Below are positions 40,212-50,909 of a DNA stretch of 64,000 nt, one piece after another. The notes under the pieces were generated by a model that saw only the letters and a program-made list of their open reading frames with translations, had not been told where the DNA came from and ran no database searches. Made by a program: the position numbers and the translations under genes. The stretch spans positions 160,001 to 224,000 of the forward strand of contig CAVVMW010000022.1 in assembly GCA_963749495.1 (NCBI GenBank). The letters are read 5' to 3'. The stretch's first letter is position 1. The number at the start of each line of letters is the position of its first letter. The stretch is from an uncultured bacterium. GTDB lineage: Bacteria > Verrucomicrobiota > Verrucomicrobiia > Limisphaerales > UBA8199.

Positions 40212-42158
40212 TCATGAACGGGCTTGGGCGAGCACTGGCTCGGGAGCGGGGCGGAGGGCCGGTTGCGGAAGGTTGGAGGCCGGCTGCCGCCCGGCAACGC
40301 CGGCCGCCTGCACGCAAGGGGCAGAAGCGGGGAGAGGCAGTTCGACGGTGAAGCGGGCACCGCCGAGAGGGGAATCGTCGCAGCAGATGCGCCCGCGGTG
40401 TTCCATTGCGAAGGTGTGGGCGAGCGAGAGACCGAGGCCCGTGCCGACCCCGATGGGTTTGGTGGTAAAGAAAGGCTCGAAGATCTTTGCGCGCAAATCT
40501 GCCGGCACACCGGGTCCGCTGTCCTCGACCCGCACCATGACCCGGTTTGATTCCTGCCAGGTTGAAAGGCGGAGTTTCCTCGGGTTCGTAACGGTCTCCA
40601 GGGCCTGCAAGGCGTTGTTCAGGAGGATGATGACCACCTGCTGGATTTGGTCCCGGCTAACCAATACGCTGGGAAGCTGTGGAGCCAGCTCCTGGATTAC
40701 CTCCACACGCCACTTGCGGAAGTCCGAGGCGCGCAACTCGATGAGAGCGCGCAGAATGCCGTTCAAGTCCGCGTGTTCTTTCTCGGCGGAGCCCGCGCGG
40801 GCGAGGTTGAGAACATTCTGCAATAACCGCGCGGCCCGGCGGCTTTCATTGAGGGCCAAGGTCAAGTATCCCCTGGTCTGTTCCGCCAGTTCTGCGTCCA
40901 GGAGACTCAGCTCAATGAAGCCGCAGTTGGCCGCCAGAGGCGTGTTCAACTCGTGGACCAGACCCGACATCATCTGGCCGAGCCCCGAGAGCTTTTCCGC
41001 CTGCCGGAGCTGCTGCTCGAATCTCGAGCGGTCCGTCACCTCGCGAACATAAAACTGAAAGGCCTTGTCCCCCGCAAAATCCACTGCCGAGCCCGCCACC
41101 TCCGCCTTGGCCTGGCTGCCGTCTCTGCGGCGAATGGTCTGAATGCGGTCATGACAGAGCGAGTCGAACCAGGCAAGCCCGGGCGCCTGGGGCGCGGCCT
41201 CGGCCTGGGCGACATCCAGCCACTGGAACAGGGAAGACTGGCAGGCCTCCTGGGCTGGCACACCCAGAACCCGCACGGCCGCCGGGTTGATGCCGACGAT
41301 CTGCAGATCCTCCTGGGTCGTGATCACGATTGGTTCGCTCGACTGCTCGAACAAGAAACGATAGCGCTTCTCCGTCAGGAGGATACGGTTTTGGAGCAGG
41401 GCTTTCTCTGTCTCCTTGCTCCGCAACTGGTTGGCGGCGCGTTTCTCGCGTTGGAAGCGGATTTCCTCGAGCACCAGGATAATCATGTTCACCGCAATGA
41501 ACATCTGTAGCACGCTGGCGCAGAAGAAGGCCGTGCTCATGTAGTCCGTGAGCAGCTCCATGAACGGATACGCCGCGACGAACAGCCCCCAGAGGGTGAA
41601 CCCGATGCAGAGCAGGCCGGCACCCAGGTACCTGCGCTTGCGGCGGTACTGAAAGAACCCCCATACAGTCACCAGGCTCGAACAGCCGATCAGCACGAAA
41701 ATGGGCATTTGGAGAACCAACCGGTCGGTTGGGCCAAGGACCTGCCTAAGGCCCGCCCATGGGAAGTTGGCCGCATAACTCCAGCACAGCAGGAAAACCA
41801 GAAAGAGCCCCAAAGTCACCTGCCGAACGCGCATGCCCAGAAAGCGGAGTCCGCCCCATAGCATGAAGACCGAGGCCACGCTCATGGACCACTGCTTGAG
41901 CATTGTTGCCCACCAACTCTCCCCGCTGAAGCTGCCATAGTTCAAAAACAGACTGTAGGAAATCGTCAAATACAGCGCGTAAAACAGCCACGCCGTCGTC
42001 CAGATGGAAAAGTACTTGCGCCGCGTGTAGTAGTTCAGATAGGAAAACACCCCCACCAGCAGCCAAACGCTGACCAAAGAGATGAACAGCCCCGCCCGAA
42101 GTTGCCCCCGAGTGTCAAAGCCGAAATCCCACGCAAATGCAAGCAGCCCTATGCTCAT
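40212..42158 (-). CDS. Sensor histidine kinase (multi-TM, PAS, HisKA, HATPase)
   Basis: About 7 N-terminal TMs; [33 protein letters not shown]. Confidence 0.92.
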   Translation of the reverse strand: MSIGLLAFAWDFGFDTRGQLRAGLFISLVSVWLLVGVFSYLNYYTRRKYFSIWTTAWLFYALYLTISYSLFLNYGSFSGESWWATMLKQWSMSVASVFMLWGGLRFLGMRVRQVTLGLFLVFLLCWSYAANFPWAGLRQVLGPTDRLVLQMPIFVLIGCSSLVTVWGFFQYRRKRRYLGAGLLCIGFTLWGLFVAAYPFMELLTDYMSTAFFCASVLQMFIAVNMIILVLEEIRFQREKRAANQLRSKETEKALLQNRILLTEKRYRFLFEQSSEPIVITTQEDLQIVGINPAAVRVLGVPAQEACQSSLFQWLDVAQAEAAPQAPGLAWFDSLCHDRIQTIRRRDGSQAKAEVAGSAVDFAGDKAFQFYVREVTDRSRFEQQLRQAEKLSGLGQMMSGLVHELNTPLAANCGFIELSLLDAELAEQTRGYLTLALNESRRAARLLQNVLNLARAGSAEKEHADLNGILRALIELRASDFRKWRVEVIQELAPQLPSVLVSRDQIQQVVIILLNNALQALETVTNPRKLRLSTWQESNRVMVRVEDSGPGVPADLRAKIFEPFFTTKPIGVGTGLGLSLAHTFAMEHRGRICCDDSPLGGARFTVELPLPASAPCVQAAGVAGRQPASNLPQPALRPAPEPVLAQARS

Positions 42159-42267
42159 GTTCGTTGTTGCCTTTCATTAAAGCGGCCCAACGATGGGTAT
42201 CGGCTGGAATGAAAAGTAGTTTAGTCAAAAATCTGTGTGGATACACTCAACCCCCCAGAAGGGACGA

Positions 42268-42309
42268 CCCCTCACCCCAGCCCTCTCCCCATCGGATGGG
42301 GAGAGGGGG
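42268..42309. repeat. Single REP unit CCCCTCACCCCAGCCCTCTCCCC...GGGGAGAGGG
   Basis: Same family as 27760-27917. Confidence 0.75.
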
Positions 42310-42351
42310 CATGGTTGGCCGCCGCGGGTTGCAGGCCAACACCTGGGCAGG

Positions 42352-45300
42352 TCAGTGCGCCAGGCGGTAAAACTTCGCCTTGCCCGTCGGGACGATATTG
42401 ACCACGTTCTGGGAGCCCTGCACCGTCACCGTTGCGGTGGAATTGGTCCAACCGCCCGGCAGGGCGGAGGTCTCTTGCAAGACGAAGCCCGTTGCGGAGG
42501 CCGGCCATGTGATGACCACCTTGCCGGCCGAGAGGCTGGAGGAAAGCGAGGGTGGAAGAGCCAGCGGCATGTTGTTGGCCCGCGAACGGTAAGCCAACAG
42601 CGCCTGCGGGTTGCTGGTATCGTTGAGCAGCACCTTGTTCCCGTCCCGGTCCATGGTGAACCATTCCAGGTTCAGCGCGTTGCCCGCCGAATACTCGCCG
42701 TTGCCATTTTCCCAGACGAGCCGCAGCGGATAGACCCCCGCCGCCGGGACGTTGAAACCGAACAAGGTGTCGGCCGAGCCGCGGCCGGCATTGAAGAACC
42801 CCAGATTGGTGTAAGCATGGGTCTGCAAGGTGACGGTGACGGCGGTCCCGGCCCCGTAGGCTGAATGGAGAACCTGTCCGGACGAGTAATTGACCTCCAC
42901 CGCCGGAATCGTCAGCCCGGTCCCGTCGCCGCCTAAGGTGATGATGCGGTCGCTGGTAGTCTGCTGGTCGGCCACGATCAGACCGATCGCCCCCGCCGCC
43001 ACGACATTGCTGACCATCTGCTGGAAGGACACCGCGCCGCGATCGATCAATGCAATGGCGCCTTGCAAGGCGCTTGCGTTGGAGATGGACGCGCTGTCGT
43101 CCGGCGGCTGGGTTTCCACCAGCTTGCCGGTCACGGGTCCAATGGCAGCCAACTGCGGCAGCGCCGGGCTGAAGCCGGCCTCGATGGCCAGCAGATTGGT
43201 CGCCAGATTGGCCGGCGCCGTGACCGCCACCAGGTAAACCGGGTAATCCTGGTTGGTGGCTTCGGACACCCGGAAGCCGTCGTCACTGTTCACGCCCATC
43301 CAATAAGGACCGGCCTGGGGGAATGCCACGAAGGTCAGCCATTCGGCGGCCGTGTTGCCCGTGCTCCCGGTCGTGCCCGGCAGGCCCGGGAACGGCGCAT
43401 CCGGGTAGCCGTTGGAGGCCTGGAAATCGCCTATCCCGCCGGAAGCTCCGGCGTTGATGGCGCCGTCGTAGTTGATGACGCCGGTGACATCGAAGTAGCC
43501 ATTGTCCGTGGCGAGGGTATCATCGGCCAGGTTGGGCAGTTCGCCCCCTGCGAGCATGATCTCGGCCTGGGCGTCGGAGTTTTCATTGGCGGTGGCGGTC
43601 TGGACCATCCGGCAACGGAAACCCGGCGCATTGGTGTTGGCTGAGCCGGGCGCCGTGGCCAGGGCGGGATTGAGCGTGGGCATCGCCAGGGTGACGAAGC
43701 TGAAAGTCTGGTCGAGCGTGACCGGGGGGCTGTTCTTGTCGCTCAAGATCAACTCCACCGTATTGGTCCCCGCCGGCAGAAGCGGATAGGCATAAGTGAC
43801 GATGACGCCCGCCGGATTGTTGGTTGGCGTCACCGTGGCGCTGGCGGCCACGTCGGCGCCGTTGAGCCAGAGTTGGAGGCTGCTGAGGTTAAGGGGGTAA
43901 CTGCCCTGAGTGATGACGAACTGGAGTGTGGGCTGCAGGACGGAGCTCTCTTGCGGCGCCGGTGACGCCGAGACGAGTTGCGGCGGCACGCGTATGCCCT
44001 GCACCAGGCGAATGTTGTCCAGCAAAAGGGTCACATCGCCCACGGAATGGGTCGTGAATACCAAGCTGGCGCTGGGCGCATCGTTCGTGAACACGAAGTA
44101 CTGCGTGAGATAGGCATTGTCGTCGCCCACCGGGGTGATCGGTTGGCCCGTGAGCAGGGCCTGGTCGCCAAAGGCGACGTCGTAGGTCATCGAGTTGCCG
44201 CTGGCAGTGGTGCGCAGGTTCACACCGTAACTGAAGGTGTAGGGCTGGCCCACCGTGAGGCCGCTGATATTATTGGCGGCCGTGTCCGACCCCTGCAAGA
44301 AGAGCACCTCATCCTGGTCTGGCGCCATGCCGTTGTCCCCAAAGGGATCGCCAGGACTGATATTGCAGCCATAGCCGCCGGTCATGGTCCACCCGTCGAT
44401 CGGCCCCGGCTGGAGATAGCCCGGAGCGGGCCCCTCGCCACTGGCCTCGAAACTCGGGTTCTCGATAACGGTCTCGAGGGCATCGCGCTGCACCATGTTG
44501 ACGGCGTCCAGGAACAAGGCCGGGGTGGTGTTCGCGACGGTCGGGCTGCTGGAGAACTCGAGCAACTCCGAGGCGTTGGTCGGCACGAAGACCAGGTTCG
44601 TGAAATAGAATGGGACATCCCCGATAGCCGAGCCGGCGGCGGTGATGTTGGGTATCGTGGCCAGGAGGTTGCCGCCCAGTTTGACTTTCAGATCAACGGC
44701 GGCGGCGCCGAGGGCGGCGGCGTTGTAGCGGAATTGGAGCCAATAATTCTTTCCCGGAGCCAGGCCGAAGATCTGCTGCGAGAGCGTGGTCGCACCCTTT
44801 AGGACAGCCACCTGTTTGCGGTCCGGAATGATGCCATTGTCCAAATCCGGGCCGGTGGAGTCCTCGACTCCGGAGCCGCCGGTCCAACTGGGGATCGGGC
44901 TGACGCCGGCGGCCGCATCTTCAAAACTGGGGTTGCCGACAAAAGAGGTGTGAACCTTTATTGACGGAAGCGAGGCCACTTTCAGGCCGGCAGTCGCCGT
45001 GGCGCTCAGCCCCGCCGAGCCCCGGGCCAAGCCCTGAATCTGGAAGGATTGCACGTTCGTGGCGCCCGGGGCAAAGTGCAGTTTGAGCACTCCGTTGGCA
45101 TCCGCGTTGACGAGCGCGGCCACCGTCGGGACGGAAATGGTCAGGCTAAGGTCGGCTGCTGAGGAGGCGAGGAAAGCCGCTGGCACGGTCACCTGGATCT
45201 GCCCGGTCTGGCCCGCGGCCAGCTCCAACGATTCCGGCGCGAAGGCGAGCGGGTAAGTGGCCGCCACCTGCCCCACCAGGCGGACATCGTCCAGGAGCAG

Positions 45301-46326
45301 AACGCCGTTGACGTTAGTTTGGGCAAAGCTGATGACCGCAGTGGCGTTGGTGGGGGTGAACGTTACCGTCTTGGTGTGGTATGGATTGGCGGCGCCGACC
45401 GGGCCGACATCTTCGTCATCGACGATCTTGCCGGCGGCCAAGACTTGCAGGCGCGCATGCGTGAGCGCCGCGCTCTGGGAGTTGTAGGCAAAGCTCAACT
45501 GGTAAGGGGTGTTGGGAACCAGGCCCGAGACCGTTTGGCTCAACGAGCCTTGCCCCGAGATGAACGCGACCAGGTCCTGGTCGGGAATTGCCCCGTTGTC
45601 GGCATACACGCCGCCAATCAAGCTGATCCCGTACGTGCCGGTTGCGTTCGTGTCCCATAGCCAGCCGGCCATGCTGGCGGGCGCGATGACCTCGCCGGAG
45701 TCGGTGGCCGGCGGGTTTGCCGTCGCGGTCGTGGGCGGTCCGCTCGCCTCGAAGCTGGGGTTCATCATGACCACGTTGCCGGCATCGCGCTGGACGATGC
45801 TCACCGCGTCGATGCAGACACTCGCGTCGCCGCTCACCACCACTTGCTGGAGGGTGAGCGTGCCGGTGTCGTTGGTGGGAGTGAAGGCGAAGTTCGCGAA
45901 CTGGTAGGCCGTGGTCACCTTCTGGACGTCAGTGACCAGGCCCACCTGCGCGCCATCGAAGCTGGCCGTCAATTCCATCGTCGGGGTGCTGCAGCAGTTG
46001 CGGCCTGCGTACCAAAACTGGACCCAATACTGTTTGCCGGGTGTCAACCCGCTGATGGTCTGCGACATGGAGGCGCCGCCCTGGATAAAGGCGACCCGGT
46101 CGCGGTCGGGGATGAGGGTGCCGGTGTTGTTGAACGGCCCGCCTGATTCGTTCACCCCGGAACCGCCGGTCCAACTGTCGATGGAGCCGTAACTGGGCCA
46201 GGTTGTGTTGTAGTTGTTCTCGAAGCTTGGGTTCGCCACGAAGGCGGCCCAAAGGGGTTGCGCCGCCAGGGCGAGGATCGTCACCAGCGGCATTCGCGGA
46301 ATGCTTGTCACTTTTTTGCCTTTCAT
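42352..46326 (-). CDS. 1324-aa secreted protein: four galactose-binding-like (NPSFE) domains, Ig-like linkers, PA14-like domain with nested PA domain, C-terminal 'FYRL' domain
   Basis: Four NPSFE...DNG..PD...GL..G..Y units; GVNSDDGF; GAIALIDRGAVSF...AAGAIGLIV; GVYPLRLVW. Confidence 0.85.
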   Translation of the reverse strand: MKGKKVTSIPRMPLVTILALAAQPLWAAFVANPSFENNYNTTWPSYGSIDSWTGGSGVNESGGPFNNTGTLIPDRDRVAFIQGGASMSQTISGLTPGKQYWVQFWYAGRNCCSTPTMELTASFDGAQVGLVTDVQKVTTAYQFANFAFTPTNDTGTLTLQQVVVSGDASVCIDAVSIVQRDAGNVVMMNPSFEASGPPTTATANPPATDSGEVIAPASMAGWLWDTNATGTYGISLIGGVYADNGAIPDQDLVAFISGQGSLSQTVSGLVPNTPYQLSFAYNSQSAALTHARLQVLAAGKIVDDEDVGPVGAANPYHTKTVTFTPTNATAVISFAQTNVNGVLLLDDVRLVGQVAATYPLAFAPESLELAAGQTGQIQVTVPAAFLASSAADLSLTISVPTVAALVNADANGVLKLHFAPGATNVQSFQIQGLARGSAGLSATATAGLKVASLPSIKVHTSFVGNPSFEDAAAGVSPIPSWTGGSGVEDSTGPDLDNGIIPDRKQVAVLKGATTLSQQIFGLAPGKNYWLQFRYNAAALGAAAVDLKVKLGGNLLATIPNITAAGSAIGDVPFYFTNLVFVPTNASELLEFSSSPTVANTTPALFLDAVNMVQRDALETVIENPSFEASGEGPAPGYLQPGPIDGWTMTGGYGCNISPGDPFGDNGMAPDQDEVLFLQGSDTAANNISGLTVGQPYTFSYGVNLRTTASGNSMTYDVAFGDQALLTGQPITPVGDDNAYLTQYFVFTNDAPSASLVFTTHSVGDVTLLLDNIRLVQGIRVPPQLVSASPAPQESSVLQPTLQFVITQGSYPLNLSSLQLWLNGADVAASATVTPTNNPAGVIVTYAYPLLPAGTNTVELILSDKNSPPVTLDQTFSFVTLAMPTLNPALATAPGSANTNAPGFRCRMVQTATANENSDAQAEIMLAGGELPNLADDTLATDNGYFDVTGVINYDGAINAGASGGIGDFQASNGYPDAPFPGLPGTTGSTGNTAAEWLTFVAFPQAGPYWMGVNSDDGFRVSEATNQDYPVYLVAVTAPANLATNLLAIEAGFSPALPQLAAIGPVTGKLVETQPPDDSASISNASALQGAIALIDRGAVSFQQMVSNVVAAGAIGLIVADQQTTSDRIITLGGDGTGLTIPAVEVNYSSGQVLHSAYGAGTAVTVTLQTHAYTNLGFFNAGRGSADTLFGFNVPAAGVYPLRLVWENGNGEYSAGNALNLEWFTMDRDGNKVLLNDTSNPQALLAYRSRANNMPLALPPSLSSSLSAGKVVITWPASATGFVLQETSALPGGWTNSTATVTVQGSQNVVNIVPTGKAKFYRLAH

Positions 46327-46635
46327 AGTGCTTCTTTCTTGAGGGATTTGAATCTATCGAACGGAATCGATTCCAATTTTGAGCAAGAACCGGCCATTTC
46401 GATGGGGATGGGACAGGCCGCCGGACCTTGGCACGGGAAGCCCGCCCGGGTGAGCATTCGCTGCGCGCGCACCCAAAGCCGGCCTCGCAATCGCCGCTGC
46501 CAATTCCATAACCACACGGGCCTGAAACCAAACCGCCACGAAATCAACGAGTTCTTACGGCCAACCGCCTGCTTCTACGGTGGTCGCCCAACCTCACCAC
46601 AAAGCAAAGGTCATGTCGAGAAAATTATCCGATCA

Positions 46636-46653
46636 TTTTTATGAATTTTTAAG
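46636..46653 (+). promoter_or_regulatory. T-rich direct repeat, candidate KdpE/OmpR-type operator
   Basis: TTTTTATGAATTTTTAAG about 90 bp upstream of the kdp operon. Confidence 0.4.
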
Positions 46654-46738
46654 GGCTCGGAAGCTCCTTTTAATTACCTGTTGGTCCTGGAGCGTGCGAT
46701 GTTCGGCCCGTGAAAAAGTGCGGCTCGATGTAAATCTT

Positions 46739-46822
46739 ATGATGGATCTCATCTTTATCGGAGTGGTGGTGCTGTTCTTCGTGGCCGGCGGACTGTATGT
46801 CCGCCTCTGCGAGAAAATGTGA
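46739..46822 (+). CDS. 27-aa hydrophobic kdp-associated peptide
   Basis: MMDLIFIGVVVLFFVAGGLYVRLCEKM directly before kdpF. Confidence 0.7.
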   Translation: MMDLIFIGVVVLFFVAGGLYVRLCEKM

Positions 46823-46832
46823 AGGGCAACTT

Positions 46833-46916
46833 ATGGAAAACATCATCGTCGGCATCGTTGCCCTGTTGCTGTTCATTTACCTGCTGGCGGCCATGATTCG
46901 GCCCGAGAAATTCTGA
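46833..46916 (+). CDS. kdpF: K+-transporting ATPase subunit F
   Basis: MENIIVGIVALLLFIYLLAAMIRPEKF with YL...PEKF signature; missing from the ORF track. Confidence 0.9.
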   Translation: MENIIVGIVALLLFIYLLAAMIRPEKF

Positions 46917-46923
46917 GGGGACC

Positions 46924-48726
46924 ATGATGCACACAATTGACTGGCTGCAACTCGGGTTATTCGTGGCGGCGCTGGCGCTGATCACCAAACCGATGGGCCT
47001 TTACCTGGTTCGCGTCCTGGATGCCAATGGCCGGACCTGGGCGGACCCGGTTTTCAAACCCTTAGAGCGGCTCACCTACAGGCTGATGGGAGTCAACTCC
47101 GACAGAGAGCAGGATTGGAGAGAATATGCGTTTGCCATGCTGCTCTTCAGCCTGGTGAGCTGCTTGTTCACTTACGGGATACTGCGGCTGCAACACCTGC
47201 TGCCGCTCAATCCCCAGGGATTCGGGCCGGTGAGCCCGGACCTGGCCTTCAACACGGCCGCCAGCTTCACCACCAACACCAATTGGCAGAGCTACACCGG
47301 GGAATCCACGATGTCCTACCTCTCGCAGATGGTCGGGTTGGTGATTCACAACTTCGCCTCGGCGGCGACGGGCATAGCGGTCGCCGCCGCGCTGGTGCGG
47401 GGCATTGCCCGGCATTCGGCGCGCACCCTGGGCAACTTCTGGGTGGACCTGGTGCGCACGACGTATTACCTGCTGCTGCCCATCTGCCTGGTGTTTGCCG
47501 TCTTCCTTGTCTCGCAGGGCATGATCCAGAACTTCAAGCCCTACACCAAGGCCAAGCTCCTGGAGCCGATGAAGGTCCAAGTCGAGAAGAAGAACGACAA
47601 GGGCGAGACGGTCAAAGGGCCGGACGGCAAGCCGGTCATGGAAGAGCAGACCGTGGCCGAACAGGTCATCCCGCAAGGCCCGATGGCGTCGCAGGTGGCC
47701 ATCAAGATGCTGGGCACCAACGGCGGCGGTTTCACCAACGCCAACGCGGCGCATCCGTTCGAGAACCCCACGCCGCTCTCGAACTTCATCCAGATGCTCT
47801 CGATTTTCGCCATCGGCAGCGGCCTGACCTATTACCTCGGGCGGATGGTCAAGAACCAGGCGCACGGCTGGTCGGTGTGGGCCGCGATGATCGCCCTGTT
47901 CCTGGCCGGAGTGCTGTTATGCTGGCACTCGGAGGCGGCGGGCAACCCGATTCATCGGCAACTTGGCGTCGCGGCGGCCGGCGGGAACATGGAAGGCAAG
48001 GAGGTGCGCTTCGGCATCTTCAACTCCGCCCTGTTCGCGACGGTGACTACCGACGCCTCCTGCGGCGCGGTCAACTCGATGCACGATTCGTTCACCGCCC
48101 TGGGCGGGTTTGTGCCGCTCTTCAACATCCAGCTTGGGGAAATCATCATCGGCGGAGTCGGCGCCGGCCTCTATGGGATGCTCGTCTTCGTGGTGCTGGC
48201 GGTGTTCATCGCCGGGCTGATGGTGGGGCGGACGCCGGAATATCTGGGCAAGAAGATTCAGTCCTACGAGGTGAAGATGGCGATGCTGGCGCTGCTGGTG
48301 CTGGCGGTCTCGATACTGGGCTTTGCCGCCTGGGCCTCGGTCAGCAAGTGGGGCTTGGCCGGACTTAACAATAGCGGCCCTCACGGTTTGAGCGAGATGC
48401 TTTACGCCTATAGCTCGGCCAACGGCAACAACGGCAGCGCCTTTGCCGGCCTGAACGCCAACACGCCGTGGTACAACACCACCATCGGCCTGGCGATGCT
48501 GATCGGGCGATTCCTGATGATCATCCCGATTATCGCCCTGGCCGGCTCGCTCGCTCAAAAGAAGATCGCTCCCCCCAGCGCCGGCACCTTCCCGGTCGCC
48601 GGGTTCACCTTTGTCGTGCTGCTGCTGGGGACCGTGCTGCTGGTGGGCGCTCTGAACTTCCTGCCCGGCCTGACACTGGGCCCCATTGTCGAGCACTTCC
48701 TGACCGGCCAGGGCAAACTCTATTGA
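46924..48726 (+). CDS. kdpA: K+-transporting ATPase subunit A
   Basis: NTNWQSY, LGTNGGG, GRTPEYLGKKI, NNGSAFAG. Confidence 0.97.
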   Translation: MMHTIDWLQLGLFVAALALITKPMGLYLVRVLDANGRTWADPVFKPLERLTYRLMGVNSDREQDWREYAFAMLLFSLVSCLFTYGILRLQHLLPLNPQGFGPVSPDLAFNTAASFTTNTNWQSYTGESTMSYLSQMVGLVIHNFASAATGIAVAAALVRGIARHSARTLGNFWVDLVRTTYYLLLPICLVFAVFLVSQGMIQNFKPYTKAKLLEPMKVQVEKKNDKGETVKGPDGKPVMEEQTVAEQVIPQGPMASQVAIKMLGTNGGGFTNANAAHPFENPTPLSNFIQMLSIFAIGSGLTYYLGRMVKNQAHGWSVWAAMIALFLAGVLLCWHSEAAGNPIHRQLGVAAAGGNMEGKEVRFGIFNSALFATVTTDASCGAVNSMHDSFTALGGFVPLFNIQLGEIIIGGVGAGLYGMLVFVVLAVFIAGLMVGRTPEYLGKKIQSYEVKMAMLALLVLAVSILGFAAWASVSKWGLAGLNNSGPHGLSEMLYAYSSANGNNGSAFAGLNANTPWYNTTIGLAMLIGRFLMIIPIIALAGSLAQKKIAPPSAGTFPVAGFTFVVLLLGTVLLVGALNFLPGLTLGPIVEHFLTGQGKLY

Positions 48727-48735
48727 GCAACAGTT

Positions 48736-50895
48736 ATGACACACGAAGCTCCTTCCCTTTTTGATTGGGCCATCGTCGGCCCCGCCGTCGGCGGTTCGTT
48801 CCGAAAGCTTGACCCGCGGCTCATGGTCAAGAACCCGGTCATGTTCGTCACGATGGTCGGCGCTGTGCTGACCACGGCGGGGATCTTCACCTCGCCGAGC
48901 GAGCGGGGTTTCATTGCCCAACTGGCGCTCTGGCTCTGGTTCACGGTCCTGTTCGCCAATTTCGCGGAGGCGGTGGCGGAGGGCCGCGGCAAGGCCCAGG
49001 CGGACAGCCTGCGCAAGGCGCGCAAGGACACGATGGCGCGGCGCCTGCGCGATGGGCGCGAGGAGAAGGTGCCCGCGCCGCAGTTGCAGAAGGGCGACTT
49101 GGTCGTGTGCGAGGCCGGGGACCTGATTCCGGCCGATGGGGACGTGGTCGAGGGCATCGCCAGTGTCGATGAGTCTGCCATCACCGGCGAATCGGCGCCG
49201 GTCATCCGCGAGAGCGGCGGCGACCGCAGCGCGGTCACCGGCGGCACCCGGGTCATCAGCGACCGCATCGTCATCCGTGTGACACAGGAAAAGGGCAATG
49301 CCTTCCTGGACCGGATGATTGCCATGGTGGAGGGCGCCCGGCGCCAGAAAACCCCCAACGAAATCGCCCTGACCATTCTTCTGGCCGCGCTGACGTTCAT
49401 CTTCCTGCTGGTTTGCGTGACCTTGAAACCGTTCGGCATTTACTCCGGCGCGACCTTCACCGTGCCGGTGCTGGTGGCCCTGCTGGTTTGCCTCATCCCG
49501 ACCACCATCGGCGGCTTGCTCAGCGCCATCGGCATCAGCGGCATTGACCGGCTCATTCGCCGCAACGTCATGGCCACCAGCGGCCGGGCCGTCGAGGCGG
49601 CCGGCGACGTGGACGTGCTGCTGCTGGACAAGACGGGCACGATCACCCTGGGAAACCGGATGGCGACGGAATTCATCCCCGCGCCGGGCGTCACGCAGGA
49701 GCGGTTGGCGGATTGCGCCCAACTGGCGTCGCTGGCGGATGAGACGCCCGAAGGCCGCTCCGTAGTGGTGCTGGCCAAACAGCGGTTCAACTTGCGCGCC
49801 CGGGTCGTCGCCGAGCCCCAGGCCAGGTTTGTGCCGTTCACAGCGCAGACACGCATGAGCGGGGTGGATTTTTATCGCGAGGTCGAGAGCAGCCCGCCGG
49901 CTGCCCAACCGGCTGTGGCCGCGGCCGTGGGGGACGAGCGCTCCGTTGCCCCGCCCTCACGAGGCGGTGGCGCGGCGGTCCCTTCCCTGCGAGTTTTGCC
50001 CGAGCTCAAGCCGATTCGCTGCATTCGCAAAGGCGCGGCGGAAGCCATGCGCGCCCATATCGATCAACGCGGCGGCAGGTTTCCCGAAAAGGTCAACCAG
50101 ACCGTTGAGGAAATCTCCCGCTCGGGGGGCACTCCCCTGGTCGTGGCCGAAGGCGCCGAGGTGCTCGGGGTCGTCCAACTCAAGGACGTCATCAAGGGCG
50201 GCATCAAGGAACGGTTTGCCCAACTGCGCAAGATGGGCATCCGCACCGTGATGATCACCGGCGACAATCCGCTCACGGCGGCGGCCATCGCGGCCGAAGC
50301 GGGTGTGGACGATTTCCTCGCCCAGGCCACGCCCGAGGCCAAGCTCAAACGCATCCGCTCCGAGCAAGCCGCCGGCCACCTCGTGGCCATGACCGGCGAC
50401 GGCACCAACGACGCCCCGGCCCTGGCGCAGGCGGACGTTGGCGTGGCCATGAACACCGGCACTCAGGCCGCCCGCGAGGCCGGCAACATGGTGGACCTGG
50501 ACAGCAACCCGACCAAGCTCATCGAGATCGTCGAAATCGGAAAGCAACTGCTCATCACGCGCGGCTCGCTCACCACCTTTAGCATCGCCAACGACGTGGC
50601 CAAGTACTTCGCCATCATTCCGGCGATGCTCATGACGACCTTCCCGGCCATCCTTCCGCTCAACATCATGCACCTGCACAATTCGACCAGCGCCATCCTG
50701 AGCGCCGTCATTTTCAACGCCCTGATCATTATCGCCCTCATCCCCTTGGCCTTGCGGGGCGTGGTCTATAAACCCATCGGCGCGTTGGCGATCTTGCAGC
50801 GCAACCTTCTCATTTACGGCCTGGGAGGGGTCATCATTCCGTTTGTCGGCATCAAACTGATCGACATCATCATCACTGCACTCAAGCTCGTTTAG
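48736..50895 (+). CDS. kdpB: K+-transporting ATPase subunit B
   Basis: NPVMF, TGES, IPTTIG, DKTGT, TGDN, GDGTND. Confidence 0.97.
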   Translation: MTHEAPSLFDWAIVGPAVGGSFRKLDPRLMVKNPVMFVTMVGAVLTTAGIFTSPSERGFIAQLALWLWFTVLFANFAEAVAEGRGKAQADSLRKARKDTMARRLRDGREEKVPAPQLQKGDLVVCEAGDLIPADGDVVEGIASVDESAITGESAPVIRESGGDRSAVTGGTRVISDRIVIRVTQEKGNAFLDRMIAMVEGARRQKTPNEIALTILLAALTFIFLLVCVTLKPFGIYSGATFTVPVLVALLVCLIPTTIGGLLSAIGISGIDRLIRRNVMATSGRAVEAAGDVDVLLLDKTGTITLGNRMATEFIPAPGVTQERLADCAQLASLADETPEGRSVVVLAKQRFNLRARVVAEPQARFVPFTAQTRMSGVDFYREVESSPPAAQPAVAAAVGDERSVAPPSRGGGAAVPSLRVLPELKPIRCIRKGAAEAMRAHIDQRGGRFPEKVNQTVEEISRSGGTPLVVAEGAEVLGVVQLKDVIKGGIKERFAQLRKMGIRTVMITGDNPLTAAAIAAEAGVDDFLAQATPEAKLKRIRSEQAAGHLVAMTGDGTNDAPALAQADVGVAMNTGTQAAREAGNMVDLDSNPTKLIEIVEIGKQLLITRGSLTTFSIANDVAKYFAIIPAMLMTTFPAILPLNIMHLHNSTSAILSAVIFNALIIIALIPLALRGVVYKPIGALAILQRNLLIYGLGGVIIPFVGIKLIDIIITALKLV

Positions 50896-50909
50896 TCTTA
50901 TCTAATGCC

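Noticed and set aside
47560..47665. Charged insertion in KdpA (VEKKNDKGETVKGPDGKPV)
   Set aside because: Falls in a variable extracytoplasmic loop where, as I recall, other KdpA proteins also have extensions
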